Counted from the stretch's first letter, positions 7,728 to 14,944 are shown. The stretch: 20,000 bases of DNA from an uncultured virus (IMG/VR IMGVR_UViG_3300003320_000087) (IMGVR_UViG_3300003320_000087:109917-129916); one strand, 5' to 3'. The notes: generated by a model not told the origin, from the letters alone. Numbers and translations are program-made.

Positions 7728-7952
7728 TTGGCTATTGTTAAGGTAAGCACCACTCAGCGGAATGCGTCTGTTGTTAATGTTCAGGCTTGTGTGTTTGGTG
7801 TAGAGTCTGAAATTCTTCAAGCAACTGACCCTAAGAATATCATTATTGAATTGATGGGTGCTCCGGAAAAGATTGCTCAAATTGTTGGCCGAACGGGTTC
7901 CCGAATTGTGGCACAGGTTGACCGTATGCCACGGGACATGAACGCAGAGTAA
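7728..7952 (+). CDS. hypothetical protein
   Basis: TTG start with AAGGA RBS. Confidence 0.7.
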   Translation: MAIVKVSTTQRNASVVNVQACVFGVESEILQATDPKNIIIELMGAPEKIAQIVGRTGSRIVAQVDRMPRDMNAE

Positions 7953-7958
7953 TCTTCT

Positions 7959-7995
7959 GGTGGGGCTTGACAGCCTCACCAAGCTTAGGTAGGGT
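7959..7995 (+). repeat. hairpin-AAGCTT element 9 with embedded promoter
   Basis: GGTGGGGCT-TGAC-AGCCTCACC-AAGCTT; TTGACA(7967)-17-TAGGGT. Confidence 0.85.
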
Positions 7996-8029
7996 TCTCT
8001 CAAGAAGCCCGGAAGAAAGGCAAGGAAAA

Positions 8030-8695
8030 ATGGCTGACCCTAACTCACTTGATGGAGTGTTCGAGAGCTGGAAGGGAATCTGCTGGATTTGCGATAAGCG
8101 AGTCAAGCGAACTGTAGCCAGTCGGGACCACATCATTCCAAAGTCTCATGGTGGACCTAACCATGCGGCCAACTACGCTCTTGCTCACAAGATTTGCAAT
8201 GAGCGGCGGGGTAATGATACACACCTTCCTAGTGTTACTGAGGCACTTCGCATTCTGAACATTTGCCAGAATGACATTTGTGGCCGGTGTGGAATTGAAA
8301 AGCAGAACTGTGGTATGATTCTGTTGGTTCAGAAGGGAACATCCCGCTGGATTTTGACAGCAGTGTGCCTGATGTGTAAGCTTATGGACCAGACAGCTTC
8401 GGATGAAGAGCGATTTTCATCTATTCCATTTCAAAAGAAGAGGATTGAGAGAGTTTCTATGGATGACATGTCTGTTGTTGACACCCTGACTCCTGCTCAG
8501 CTTGAAGAGGGCGACTATGTTCTTTTCCGGGCCGGAAAGAAGGAGCATGTGGGAGTCGTATCCAGTCTTCCCACCGATAATGGGACTTTCTTTTCTGTGG
8601 AAATTCATGATGATGAGCGTGACGAGAAGGTTGTTTACAATCTGAGTGTTGACGCTGAAATTAGCCTTCTGATGTACACTCAGATGGCTGTTTGA
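8030..8695 (+). CDS. HNH endonuclease with C-terminal extension
   Basis: CWIC...SRDHIIPKSHGGPN...NYALAHKICN; second CxxC pair; RBS AAGGA before ATG 8030. Confidence 0.85.
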   Translation: MADPNSLDGVFESWKGICWICDKRVKRTVASRDHIIPKSHGGPNHAANYALAHKICNERRGNDTHLPSVTEALRILNICQNDICGRCGIEKQNCGMILLVQKGTSRWILTAVCLMCKLMDQTASDEERFSSIPFQKKRIERVSMDDMSVVDTLTPAQLEEGDYVLFRAGKKEHVGVVSSLPTDNGTFFSVEIHDDERDEKVVYNLSVDAEISLLMYTQMAV

Positions 8696-8701
8696 TAAAT
8701 T

Positions 8702-8734
8702 GGGGCGGATTTATTTACAATCCGCCCCAAGCTT
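8702..8734 (+). repeat. hairpin-AAGCTT element 10
   Basis: GGGGCGGATT-TATTTAC-AATCCGCCCC-AAGCTT. Confidence 0.9.
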
Positions 8735-8749
8735 ATTTAAGGAGATGCA

Positions 8750-8857
8750 ATGCGAATCATTGAATGGCTTTTCAAGCTGGTAATTTACACCACCTGTGGT
8801 GTTCTTGGCGGCGTGGTAGGTTTCTGGGGTTCAGTGTGGATTGTGTCACACATGTGA
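8750..8857 (+). CDS. small single-pass membrane peptide (35 aa; not in ORF track)
   Basis: RBS AAGGAG; MRIIEWLFKLVIYTTCGVLGGVVGFWGSVWIVSHM. Confidence 0.65.
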   Translation: MRIIEWLFKLVIYTTCGVLGGVVGFWGSVWIVSHM

Positions 8858-8866
8858 CCACATCAC

Positions 8867-8899
8867 GGGGTTGACGTTCAACCCCAAGCTTGTTAGACT
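8867..8899 (+). repeat. hairpin-AAGCTT element 11 with embedded promoter
   Basis: GGGGTTGA-CGT-TCAACCCC-AAGCTT; TTGACG-17-TAGACT. Confidence 0.85.
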
Positions 8900-8922
8900 T
8901 GCACCAACGAATGGAGGTAAAG

Positions 8923-9342
8923 ATGGAATCCACTAATGGAATGAAGCTTATTTTTACACGGCATGCAGAGGAGCAGATTCAGGCTAAGGGATTCGACAAG
9001 GATTTGATTGTCTCTGAATTCCCGAATGTGACCGAAGACAAGATTTCTCCGAATAAGAAGTTTGAGGGGCAGTTCCGAGTAGTTGTGGGAGATGTCTGCC
9101 TTGTCGGTGCTCCAATGTACGGCATGTTTAGGGTGTTTACTTTGTATGAGGATGGTGTGATGACACCCCCTCGCCCTGACCAACTCAATACTATTGAGGG
9201 CCAGCGGTATGCTCACCTGTATGAGAAGATGCAGCGTGAGAAGAATCGTACGGCAAACAATGGGAATATGAAGCGGAAGAATGAATACTGGCCGCGAGTT
9301 CATGAGCGTCGTAGTGAGATTGGTCACAGGCTCATAAAGTAA
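8923..9342 (+). CDS. hypothetical protein, possible DUF4258/BrnT-like RNase fold
   Basis: RBS GGAGGT; LIFTRHAEEQIQAKGF resembles the DUF4258 N-terminal pattern. Confidence 0.6.
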   Translation: MESTNGMKLIFTRHAEEQIQAKGFDKDLIVSEFPNVTEDKISPNKKFEGQFRVVVGDVCLVGAPMYGMFRVFTLYEDGVMTPPRPDQLNTIEGQRYAHLYEKMQREKNRTANNGNMKRKNEYWPRVHERRSEIGHRLIK

Positions 9343-9369
9343 TTGTAAGTATGGTACCCTAGTGAAATC

Positions 9370-9393
9370 CGTTACCCCAGAAATGGGGTAACG
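9370..9393 (+). other. intergenic GAAA-loop hairpin lacking AAGCTT (possible terminator)
   Basis: CGTTACCCCA-GAAA-TGGGGTAACG within flanking TAGTG/CACTA. Confidence 0.5.
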
Positions 9394-9420
9394 CGCACTA
9401 AACTTAGGAGATATTTTAAT

Positions 9421-9888
9421 ATGTATAAGAAGACTGCGGTAGTCGGAAGTCTGATTGCCTCAACACTGGTAATGGCTGTTCCGGGAAATGCGGAAGCCGC
9501 CACAATTCAGAGTAAGGCAGTAACCGTTGCAAAGGGCAAGATTGGTTCCCCATATAAGTGGGGTGCTAAGGGCCCAAGCAAGTTCGATTGCTCAGGTCTG
9601 ACATGGTATTCCTTCAAGCAGGCTGGTAAGAATTGGAAGTATAAGCCTACTAACGGAATGCGAAAGTATCAGACAAAGGATATTACAGTCAATGAACGTA
9701 AGCCTGGTGACCTTATCTTTTTCAGGCGCAAGGGTTCATCTGATTGGAGCCATGTTGGAATCTACGTTGGTAGTGGATACATGGTGAATGCGGTAAATGG
9801 TAACACGTATAAGGGTGTTCGCAAGGGTAAGGTAAAGGATGGCTATTGGAACAAGTATTACGTCATCGATTACCGCCGCGTAAAGTAA
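9421..9888 (+). CDS. secreted NlpC/P60 family cell-wall peptidase
   Basis: Signal peptide ending AEA; GSPYKWG, FDCSGL (catalytic Cys), PGDLIFF, HVGIY. Confidence 0.92.
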   Translation: MYKKTAVVGSLIASTLVMAVPGNAEAATIQSKAVTVAKGKIGSPYKWGAKGPSKFDCSGLTWYSFKQAGKNWKYKPTNGMRKYQTKDITVNERKPGDLIFFRRKGSSDWSHVGIYVGSGYMVNAVNGNTYKGVRKGKVKDGYWNKYYVIDYRRVK

Positions 9889-9908
9889 GACCTCAAAATC
9901 AGAAATAC

Positions 9909-9941
9909 GCGGGGTGTTTTCCCTTGACACCCCGCAAGCTA
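9909..9941 (+). repeat. hairpin-AAGCT element 12
   Basis: GCGGGGTGTT...GACACCCCGC-AAGCT-ATG. Confidence 0.75.
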
Positions 9942-10120
9942 TGAACAACCTAATTATTGCAGGAATCGCATCCTTTGTCATGGCATTTGTTTGCCTGATG
10001 GCTTCTACAATTCTAGAGGGGTTCGAAATGTTTGCTGCCGGATTTTTTGCGGCGGCTGTGTATTGGATACTTGCAGGCATGTTGCCCGATGGTGTTGACA
10101 GCCCCGAAGCAAGCGAGTAG
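9941..10120 (+). CDS. small membrane protein
   Basis: Two hydrophobic segments; start uncertain, ATG directly follows AAGCT. Confidence 0.55.
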   Translation: MNNLIIAGIASFVMAFVCLMASTILEGFEMFAAGFFAAAVYWILAGMLPDGVDSPEASE

Positions 10121-10123
10121 GGT
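10095..10123 (+). promoter_or_regulatory. HrdB-type promoter
   Basis: TTGACA-17-TAGGGT. Confidence 0.7.
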
Positions 10124-10156
10124 AGTAACCAGAAAGCTTCAATTTGAGGAGAAAAA

Positions 10157-10399
10157 ATGTATCACAAGATTGCCGCTAGGAAGTCACTCGCTGCACTGGC
10201 TAACTTCTTTATCTGTGCTGTAAATGCCTCAATTGCATGGGTTTCCTACAATGCAGGAAGCTCATTGTATGGAGTGAACATCGTTTTCAGCATCTTCAGT
10301 GGAGTCCTTGCCCTTGGTAACTTCTTCGGTTATCTTGAGGCCAAGGATAGGGCGAATGCCGAAGACATGTACAATGAGGTTTATGGCCGTCGTCGTTAG
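10157..10399 (+). CDS. membrane protein
   Basis: RBS GAGGAG; two hydrophobic segments. Confidence 0.8.
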   Translation: MYHKIAARKSLAALANFFICAVNASIAWVSYNAGSSLYGVNIVFSIFSGVLALGNFFGYLEAKDRANAEDMYNEVYGRRR

Positions 10400-10406
10400 C
10401 AATACC

Positions 10407-10426
10407 GGCCCGAAAGGGCCAAGCTT
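10407..10426 (+). repeat. hairpin-AAGCTT element 13
   Basis: GGCCC-GAAA-GGGCC-AAGCTT. Confidence 0.9.
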
Positions 10427-10443
10427 TCTGAATAGGAGAAGAA

Positions 10444-10671
10444 ATGCCTAAGGAAACTGTCAAGTACGAAATCGAGCGGATTCCCAATGGAATGTACCGC
10501 AGTTCTATCACTCGTAAGCTAAATGGCGAGTGGAAGGAAATGCATCGCGAGATTACCCACACAATGTGGGGCGGAAAGTTTCACTGTAAGCGCTGGATTA
10601 AGAAGTGGGCTAACGGAAACTACCGGCAGCACAGCTATATGAACCTTGTGACTGTTGACCGTAAGTGGTAA
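10444..10671 (+). CDS. hypothetical protein
   Basis: RBS AGGAG; 75 aa. Confidence 0.8.
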   Translation: MPKETVKYEIERIPNGMYRSSITRKLNGEWKEMHREITHTMWGGKFHCKRWIKKWANGNYRQHSYMNLVTVDRKW

Positions 10672-10683
10672 ACCGGCAACATC

Positions 10684-10705
10684 GCCCCGGAAACGGGGCA
10701 AGCTT
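10684..10705 (+). repeat. hairpin-AAGCTT element 14
   Basis: GCCCCG-GAAA-CGGGGC-AAGCTT. Confidence 0.9.
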
Positions 10706-10726
10706 CCCAACTAACTAAGGAATGTA

Positions 10727-10900
10727 ATGAAGACTTACAAGGCTCGAATTGCTGCTGTCATTCTTGTTGTCGTTGGCTTCACTGGTGCTCACGTGAGGAA
10801 CGATTGGATTGGAAATCTGACAGTTGTGGGAATGCTCATCGGTTCCTGGGTAGCGATGAATCTCATCATTGATAACATTAAGGATGAGAAGAGCAGCTAA
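10727..10900 (+). CDS. small membrane protein (57 aa; not in ORF track)
   Basis: RBS AAGGA; MKTYKARIAAVILVVVG... Confidence 0.7.
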   Translation: MKTYKARIAAVILVVVGFTGAHVRNDWIGNLTVVGMLIGSWVAMNLIIDNIKDEKSS

Positions 10901-10906
10901 AAATCC

Positions 10907-10931
10907 GCCCGGCTTTATGTCGGGCAAGCTT
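10907..10931 (+). repeat. hairpin-AAGCTT element 15
   Basis: GCCCGGC-TTTAT-GTCGGGC-AAGCTT. Confidence 0.88.
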
Positions 10932-10973
10932 TCCTTCTAGATGATAATTGGATATCAATACTAGGAGGACAAA

Positions 10974-11126
10974 ATGAAGATATGGGTTATTACGACAGAG
11001 TGCGCTTGTGGATGGTACTCTGGAGAAGAAATCGCTGGAGCCTACAGCACTGAAGAAAAGGCTAAGGAAGCCTTGAAGGAATTCAACGGAGAATTCTATT
11101 ACATCAGTGAACTGGAGGTAAAGTGA
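10974..11126 (+). CDS. small protein, STEEKAK paralog A (50 aa; not in ORF track)
   Basis: RBS AGGAGG; MKIWVITTECACG...AYSTEEKAKE. Confidence 0.75.
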   Translation: MKIWVITTECACGWYSGEEIAGAYSTEEKAKEALKEFNGEFYYISELEVK

Positions 11127-11269
11127 AGGTTTGGCTGGTAAGTGAAGGTAATTGCAACTGCTGCATGTATGTTGCGGCTGTCTTTTCAACAGAAGAGAAG
11201 GCTAAGGCTTACGAAACTGACAGCGAATTCGTAGAAATTAACTTTCACATTGTAGATGAAGGGGAATAA
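11123..11269 (+). CDS. small protein, STEEKAK paralog B (48 aa; not in ORF track)
   Basis: GTGA overlap, RBS GGAGGT; MKVWLVSEGNCNCC...VFSTEEKAKA. Confidence 0.7.
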   Translation: MKVWLVSEGNCNCCMYVAAVFSTEEKAKAYETDSEFVEINFHIVDEGE

Positions 11270-11270
11270 A

Positions 11271-11852
11271 ATGGCTAGGTTCTTTACCAGCGATACGCAT
11301 TTTGGCCATCAGCGTATTATAGAGCTGTGCAATCGCCCATTCAGTTCTGTTGAGGAAATGAATGAGGCTATGATTGAGCGGTGGAATGCAGTTGTGCGAC
11401 CGACTGATACCGTTTACCATATGGGTGATGTTGCCATGGGTAGGATTGCAGAATCTCTGCCACTTGTTGGCAGGCTGAATGGTCGTAAGAAGCTGGTTCC
11501 TGGTAATCATGACCGGATTTTCTCTGGAGAAAAGGCAAAGCAGCGAGAGCGTTTTACTCCAGAGTATGAGAAGGTGTTTCAGGAGATTCTTCCTGAGCAG
11601 GTTGCTCTGAATCTGGATGGTCGTTGGGATGGCGTCTTTCCTATTCTGTGCCATTTCCCATACAGTGGTGATTCTCATGGGGAAGACCGTTATGCTGATA
11701 AGCGCCCCATTGATGTCGGCACCCCGCTGATTCACGGTCATGTTCATGATTCATGGCAGTTTAACGGCCGGATGTTTAATGTGGGTGTTGATGTAAATAA
11801 CTTCACTCCTGTCCATGAAGATGTGGTTAGGGATTGGATTAAGAGTCTGTAA
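11271..11852 (+). CDS. calcineurin-like metallophosphoesterase
   Basis: SDTHFGH, GDV, GNHD, HFP, HGHVH motifs. Confidence 0.92.
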   Translation: MARFFTSDTHFGHQRIIELCNRPFSSVEEMNEAMIERWNAVVRPTDTVYHMGDVAMGRIAESLPLVGRLNGRKKLVPGNHDRIFSGEKAKQRERFTPEYEKVFQEILPEQVALNLDGRWDGVFPILCHFPYSGDSHGEDRYADKRPIDVGTPLIHGHVHDSWQFNGRMFNVGVDVNNFTPVHEDVVRDWIKSL

Positions 11853-11855
11853 TAT

Positions 11856-11883
11856 GATGGGGTGGAAACACCCCATCAAGCTT
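11856..11883 (+). repeat. hairpin-AAGCTT element 16
   Basis: GATGGGGTG-GAAA-CACCCCATC-AAGCTT. Confidence 0.9.
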
Positions 11884-11900
11884 CCAACAAAGGAGACATC

Positions 11901-12200
11901 ATGACCCTTTATCAGTTTTCTTGGTGGGATTTGATTCCGCTTCCGTTGCTCATTCTGGCCCTTCGTTCAATGTTTTTTCGGCGGGTTGTTGGTCAGACAA
12001 ACAACAAGGAATCAGCCGGATATATGGCATTGTACAGCCTAACATATATGGTGATTGATATCATTCGCCACCGTACAGGATATGCTGTTTTTGATGCCGG
12101 AATGTTTGCTCTTTGGGCACATTCGTGGTGGAATTCTGGTGGCGGAGATTCTGTTAAGAACTTCATTCGGAGTTTTGGATTGAAGCCCGCAGTAAATTGA
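11901..12200 (+). CDS. membrane protein
   Basis: RBS AAGGAG before ATG 11901; about three hydrophobic segments. Confidence 0.8.
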   Translation: MTLYQFSWWDLIPLPLLILALRSMFFRRVVGQTNNKESAGYMALYSLTYMVIDIIRHRTGYAVFDAGMFALWAHSWWNSGGGDSVKNFIRSFGLKPAVN

Positions 12201-12206
12201 AATACC

Positions 12207-12230
12207 GCCCAATGAAAATTGGGCAAGCTT
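12207..12230 (+). repeat. hairpin-AAGCTT element 17
   Basis: GCCCAAT-GAAA-ATTGGGC-AAGCTT. Confidence 0.9.
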
Positions 12231-12249
12231 TCTAACAACAGGAGATATA

Positions 12250-12486
12250 ATGTCTGTACAGACAACTCGAAAGACCATCTGTGATAGATGTGGTAACGAA
12301 GTTCATGCTGAATACTGGGAAATCAGAATTGGTAAGCTAAAGTGGAAGCGATATAAGAAGACGCATATTGGGCGGCTGTCTTGGATGAAGCTGCAAAATG
12401 GCAGTGGTTCGATGCTGTGTGATATGGAGCTGGACCTTTGTGTTGACTGTTCAGAATTGTTTCATGTATTTATGAGCAATAAGTAA
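12250..12486 (+). CDS. small Zn-finger-like protein
   Basis: CDRC...DLCVDC; RBS AGGAG. Confidence 0.8.
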   Translation: MSVQTTRKTICDRCGNEVHAEYWEIRIGKLKWKRYKKTHIGRLSWMKLQNGSGSMLCDMELDLCVDCSELFHVFMSNK

Positions 12487-12493
12487 ATTAAAA

Positions 12494-12511
12494 GCCCTTC
12501 GGGGCAAGCTT
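12494..12511 (+). repeat. hairpin-AAGCTT element 18
   Basis: GCCC-TTCG-GGGC-AAGCTT. Confidence 0.88.
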
Positions 12512-12561
12512 GACACAACACACAGTACAAAGATTGTCTGTGTAGCTCTGTGGGAGGATAA

Positions 12562-12744
12562 ATGAACGTAGCACGAGAGTTGAGGCGGAGGGAACATTCT
12601 AGGCCCGGACATAAGCTCAGAGACGCTACGGATGAGGTGACCAGGAAGAACGTTGACGTGACAACCCGCCGTTTTTACCGCTGCTCATGTAGTTGGTTCG
12701 GATGGTTGACAGTCATCGATGATGAGACTAGAGTGAAGCCATGA
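12562..12744 (+). CDS. hypothetical protein
   Basis: RBS GGAGG; 60 aa. Confidence 0.75.
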   Translation: MNVARELRRREHSRPGHKLRDATDEVTRKNVDVTTRRFYRCSCSWFGWLTVIDDETRVKP

Positions 12745-13055
12745 AGATTTGGCTTGATGACGAGAGAGACCCGCAAGATTGGGTGGACAATCCGAAGTCT
12801 TGGTTTTGGGTCAAGAACAGTTACGATGCAATTGAGCTTCTTGACGACATTCGTCGCAAGGGTAATTCAATTGATGTCATGTCGTTCGACCATGACTTGG
12901 GTGGTGACGACACATCTCGCCGTGTGGTATTGTGGATGTGCGAAAACGATTTCTGGCCGGATGAGTGTCGAGTGCATTCAATGAACAATGTTGGCCGTGA
13001 ATGGCTTATTGGTATGATTGACCGATATGGACCGGGAGTTTCCTATGCACTTTAA
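12741..13055 (+). CDS. cyclic-phosphate-processing receiver-domain protein
   Basis: KIWLDDERxP, SFDHDLG, HSMNxVG motifs typical of this phage receiver-like family. Confidence 0.8.
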   Translation: MKIWLDDERDPQDWVDNPKSWFWVKNSYDAIELLDDIRRKGNSIDVMSFDHDLGGDDTSRRVVLWMCENDFWPDECRVHSMNNVGREWLIGMIDRYGPGVSYAL

Positions 13056-13407
13056 GCAAATCTGCAAGTGTGGTATCGTGGAGTTCGAGTGCCGTTGTTC
13101 TGCCGAGAATAAGAGGGTTGACACGCTTATGACGTGCTCTCATGAGTGGTGGGAAGACATCATCACTGAGCTTGATGAGCAGTATGATATTGCCGCTTAT
13201 TGGGATAAGCGTCACAGGTATCTGGAAATTGACCTTCCGGCTTCCCGGCACAGCCTTGAGGTTTCGCTGACCAATGTTTATGGTTTCGTTATCTCACTGG
13301 TGATTACCAACGAAACCGGCGGGGTCATGAAGGACATAACCATATTTTCTTGCGTCAATCGAAAGAACCTTGCCACCGACATTCACAGCGTGTACAATAG
13401 CTACTGA
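13045..13407 (+). CDS. hypothetical protein with Cys-rich N terminus
   Basis: In frame with ORF 13018; GGGAG precedes ATG 13045; start uncertain. Confidence 0.7.
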   Translation: MHFKQICKCGIVEFECRCSAENKRVDTLMTCSHEWWEDIITELDEQYDIAAYWDKRHRYLEIDLPASRHSLEVSLTNVYGFVISLVITNETGGVMKDITIFSCVNRKNLATDIHSVYNSY

Positions 13408-13416
13408 AGAGGGATT

Positions 13417-13608
13417 ATGACACACGATACAGAATTCCCATCTAATTGGGATATGATGACCAGTGCTGAAAGGACTGCTTGGTTAGCTAAGTGGTTCGAT
13501 GCTAACGTAAGTAAGCATCAGAACATTGGGAACATGAAGCGTGCAAAGGCAGAACGTGAATGGAGGGCTTACCGCACTAAGAACGGTAGGGGTAAGCGCA
13601 GGAAGTAG
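13417..13608 (+). CDS. hypothetical protein
   Basis: 63 aa, RBS GAGG. Confidence 0.75.
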   Translation: MTHDTEFPSNWDMMTSAERTAWLAKWFDANVSKHQNIGNMKRAKAEREWRAYRTKNGRGKRRK

Positions 13609-13721
13609 TGCCAAGTTGTCCAAGATGCAGGAAAAGCGATAAGGTACAAAAATCAAAGTCTAGGTCCATTTTAATCAAATTCATCTGTAAGAGATGCAAT
13701 CACGAATTTGAGGCGCCTTGA
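13608..13721 (+). CDS. tiny zinc-ribbon protein (37 aa; not in ORF track)
   Basis: GTG overlapping the upstream stop; CPRC...CKRC. Confidence 0.55.
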   Translation: MPSCPRCRKSDKVQKSKSRSILIKFICKRCNHEFEAP

Positions 13722-13727
13722 TTTTGC

Positions 13728-13754
13728 GGGGGTGGGCTTTCCACCCCCAAGCTT
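13728..13754 (+). repeat. hairpin-AAGCTT element 19
   Basis: GGGGGTGG-GCTTT-CCACCCCC-AAGCTT. Confidence 0.9.
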
Positions 13755-13772
13755 GTCTACATAGGAGAAAAA

Positions 13773-13964
13773 ATGATTTCCCGTAATGGATGTATTGCTT
13801 TTGCATGTGGAGCTTTTCTACTTGCCTTCGTGAATTTTATCGCGGGATTGGGTGCTGTTGTTACTCATGACCCGTTGTGGCTTGTGGGAGTAAAGTTTGC
13901 AAGTGCAGCGATTTGGTTTGCATGTTGTGCGGTGTGGGTTGTTGGAGCCATTACCCGCGAGTAA
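13773..13964 (+). CDS. small membrane protein
   Basis: RBS AGGAG; two hydrophobic segments. Confidence 0.8.
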   Translation: MISRNGCIAFACGAFLLAFVNFIAGLGAVVTHDPLWLVGVKFASAAIWFACCAVWVVGAITRE

Positions 13965-13974
13965 CCTATTGACA

Positions 13975-13998
13975 GGCAGATGAAAGTCTGCCAAGCTA
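13975..13998 (+). repeat. hairpin-AAGCT element 20
   Basis: GGCAGAT-GAAA-GTCTGCC-AAGCTA, preceded by TTGACA. Confidence 0.8.
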
Positions 13999-14025
13999 GC
14001 ACTACCAACAGCAAGGAGGTAGGAG

Positions 14026-14466
14026 ATGCTGAACCAATATATTTGCCTAAATTGTTACAATGGCAATTGCGACGAGTGTGCTGATAAGCACAAGGTTTTC
14101 CCTGATTGTCAGCATGAATGTAACAGGCAGAAGGAAGAGGCTCGGAAGATGAACGTCCACAAGCTTGACGTAGTTGCCGAGAATGGTGTACCGTTCCGAG
14201 TGGTGGTGCTGGTTGACGGGAAGTCTGAGAATTTCAACACGGCTTCCTTGAGCAATAAGAGTCTGGTAGAGTTCTATGACAGGCGCTATGACTTCACCCC
14301 TGATGGTCAGTTTACCGGTCATCGTATCTACCTTGACACTGCTCTTGAAGCCTCTGTGTACACCATGAGCTTTGACCAGCCTTCTTGGCAGATGGACTCT
14401 CGTACTTCCCGAACGGTTCGCGATTGGTTGCACTTCCTGGTTGACAGGGAATCGGTTCGGGTGTAA
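14026..14466 (+). CDS. hypothetical protein with Cys-rich N terminus
   Basis: RBS AAGGAGGT; 146 aa. Confidence 0.75.
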   Translation: MLNQYICLNCYNGNCDECADKHKVFPDCQHECNRQKEEARKMNVHKLDVVAENGVPFRVVVLVDGKSENFNTASLSNKSLVEFYDRRYDFTPDGQFTGHRIYLDTALEASVYTMSFDQPSWQMDSRTSRTVRDWLHFLVDRESVRV

Positions 14467-14484
14467 GGTAGTAACACGTAAAAC

Positions 14485-14527
14485 GGTGGGGCAAGGTGAG
14501 ATAAGTTCCCCAAACTCCACCAAGCTT
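14485..14527 (+). repeat. hairpin-AAGCTT element 21 (imperfect long stem)
   Basis: GGTGGGG...CTCCACC-AAGCTT. Confidence 0.7.
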
Positions 14528-14533
14528 TCTAAA

Positions 14534-14910
14534 CTGCCGATGACCCCGGAATGAAAATTCCGGGCGAGGACAGCCCCAATAGCATAATCCCGGCGAATGC
14601 GCCTTTAGAATAGTAGGAGATAGCAGGTTCAAATCCTGCTGGGGTTGCTAGGACAAATCTTCTGTTAGATTGTGTCCTAAGTAAAATGACCGGCTAGCTC
14701 GTGTGCAGGAACGCTAAGGGTGCTTTCGCGGGGATTCAGTTAGAATCCCACCGAACGTTTAAAGGTCCTGTTCCTGTACTAGGCGAGGGTTAATGGGCTT
14801 AGTAGGAAATCCCCGAAAAGTCACTGATAACAATTACCGGGTAGCCCAGTTAAATAGCGAGGTGGAGACGAAAGTCGTAGAAGCCAATGACCTATTTAAC
14901 TGGGCTTTTT
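14534..14910 (+). ncRNA. structured RNA cluster (two kink-turn hairpins, tRNA-like element, multibranch domain)
   Basis: No credible ORF; many long helices; ends in a 15-bp stem plus T run. Confidence 0.55.
14572..14647 (+). tRNA. tRNA-like element with aberrant anticodon arm (identity undetermined)
   Basis: Acceptor AGCCCCA/TGGGGTT, D arm GCAT..GG..ATGC, T arm GCAGG-TTCAAAT-CCTGC; anticodon arm pairs only CCT/AGG; no encoded CCA. Confidence 0.6.
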
Positions 14911-14944
14911 GTTTGACCAAAATCGTCTGAAGGAGACAGTAAAC

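Noticed and set aside
7544..7741. 65 aa ORF from the track
   Set aside because: It starts inside the RNA stem with no RBS; the alternative frame 7591-7716 has a strong SD.
649..11900. Longer upstream starts (649, 1369, 2545, 7967, 8890, 9914, 11862)
   Set aside because: The extensions run through the hairpin-AAGCTT elements or the RBS; better-placed starts lie downstream.
14843..14906. Pistol or hammerhead ribozyme (GUUAAAUAG; GAC-GAAA-GUC)
   Set aside because: GUUAAAUAG is sequestered in a perfect 15-bp stem; I found no pistol pseudoknot and no CUGANGA core.
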